From the NCBI RefSeq assembly GCF_004010195.1, contig NC_057754.1, positions 13,522,506 through 13,586,505 of the forward strand: 64,000 bases of DNA. The letters are read 5' to 3'. This stretch comes from Chiloscyllium plagiosum (Eukaryota). Shown piece after piece: positions 63,481 to 64,000 of the stretch; the stretch's first letter is position 1, and the number at the start of each line of letters is the position of its first letter. The translations under genes were made by a program, and so were the position numbers. The notes beneath the pieces were generated by a model. That model had not been told where the DNA came from and did no database searches. It saw only the letters and a program-made list of their open reading frames with translations.

Positions 63481-63980
63481 NNNNNNNNNNNNNNNNNNNN
63501 NNNNNNNNNNNNNNNNNNNNNNNNNNNNNNNNNNNNNNNNNNNNNNNNNNNNNNNNNNNNNNNNNNNNNNNNNNNNNNNNNNNNNNNNNNNNNNNNNNNN
63601 NNNNNNNNNNNNNNNNNNNNNNNNNNNNNNNNNNNNNNNNNNNNNNNNNNNNNNNNNNNNNNNNNNNNNNNNNNNNNNNNNNNNNNNNNNNNNNNNNNNN
63701 NNNNNNNNNNNNNNNNNNNNNNNNNNNNNNNNNNNNNNNNNNNNNNNNNNNNNNNNNNNNNNNNNNNNNNNNNNNNNNNNNNNNNNNNNNNNNNNNNNNN
63801 NNNNNNNNNNNNNNNNNNNNNNNNNNNNNNNNNNNNNNNNNNNNNNNNNNNNNNNNNNNNNNNNNNNNNNNNNNNNNNNNNNNNNNNNNNNNNNNNNNNN
63901 NNNNNNNNNNNNNNNNNNNNNNNNNNNNNNNNNNNNNNNNNNNNNNNNNNNNNNNNNNNNNNNNNNNNNNNNNNNNNNNN
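63481..63980. other. Assembly gap (500 N)
   Basis: Run of N. Confidence 1.
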
Positions 63981-64000
63981 TGCTCTCCACTAACCTTCAA

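Overview
This is eukaryotic, repeat-saturated genomic DNA. I infer a shark or other elasmobranch from the HE1-type V-SINEs, a Deu-domain SINE and very dense CR1/HER1-type LINEs. There are three assembly gaps (18035-18534, 47754-47942, 63481-63980). I found no intact host protein-coding gene, rRNA, tRNA gene or CRISPR array. Nearly all long ORFs are decayed transposon ORFs, antisense shadows of them, minisatellite translations or N-gap artefacts. Main contents: many CR1 fragments, two L1-clade LINE remnants, a Gmr1-like Gypsy LTR element, PIF/Harbinger transposase and Myb remnants, a Mutator-like (MULE) element with long TIRs, tandem Penelope-like elements (RT + GIY-YIG) with minimal hammerhead-ribozyme motifs, and several minisatellites. 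The largest structure is an old inverted segmental duplication: about 325-1314 plus 7921-13926 mirrors 18535-24925, with arms roughly 85-90% identical by eye. The right arm carries a younger palindromic Penelope-derived insertion with a 13-bp TSD, two opposed hammerhead motifs and a 34-nt segment copied from DNA about 250 bp upstream. Family names come from motif recognition only; no database searches were run, and boundaries of decayed elements are approximate.
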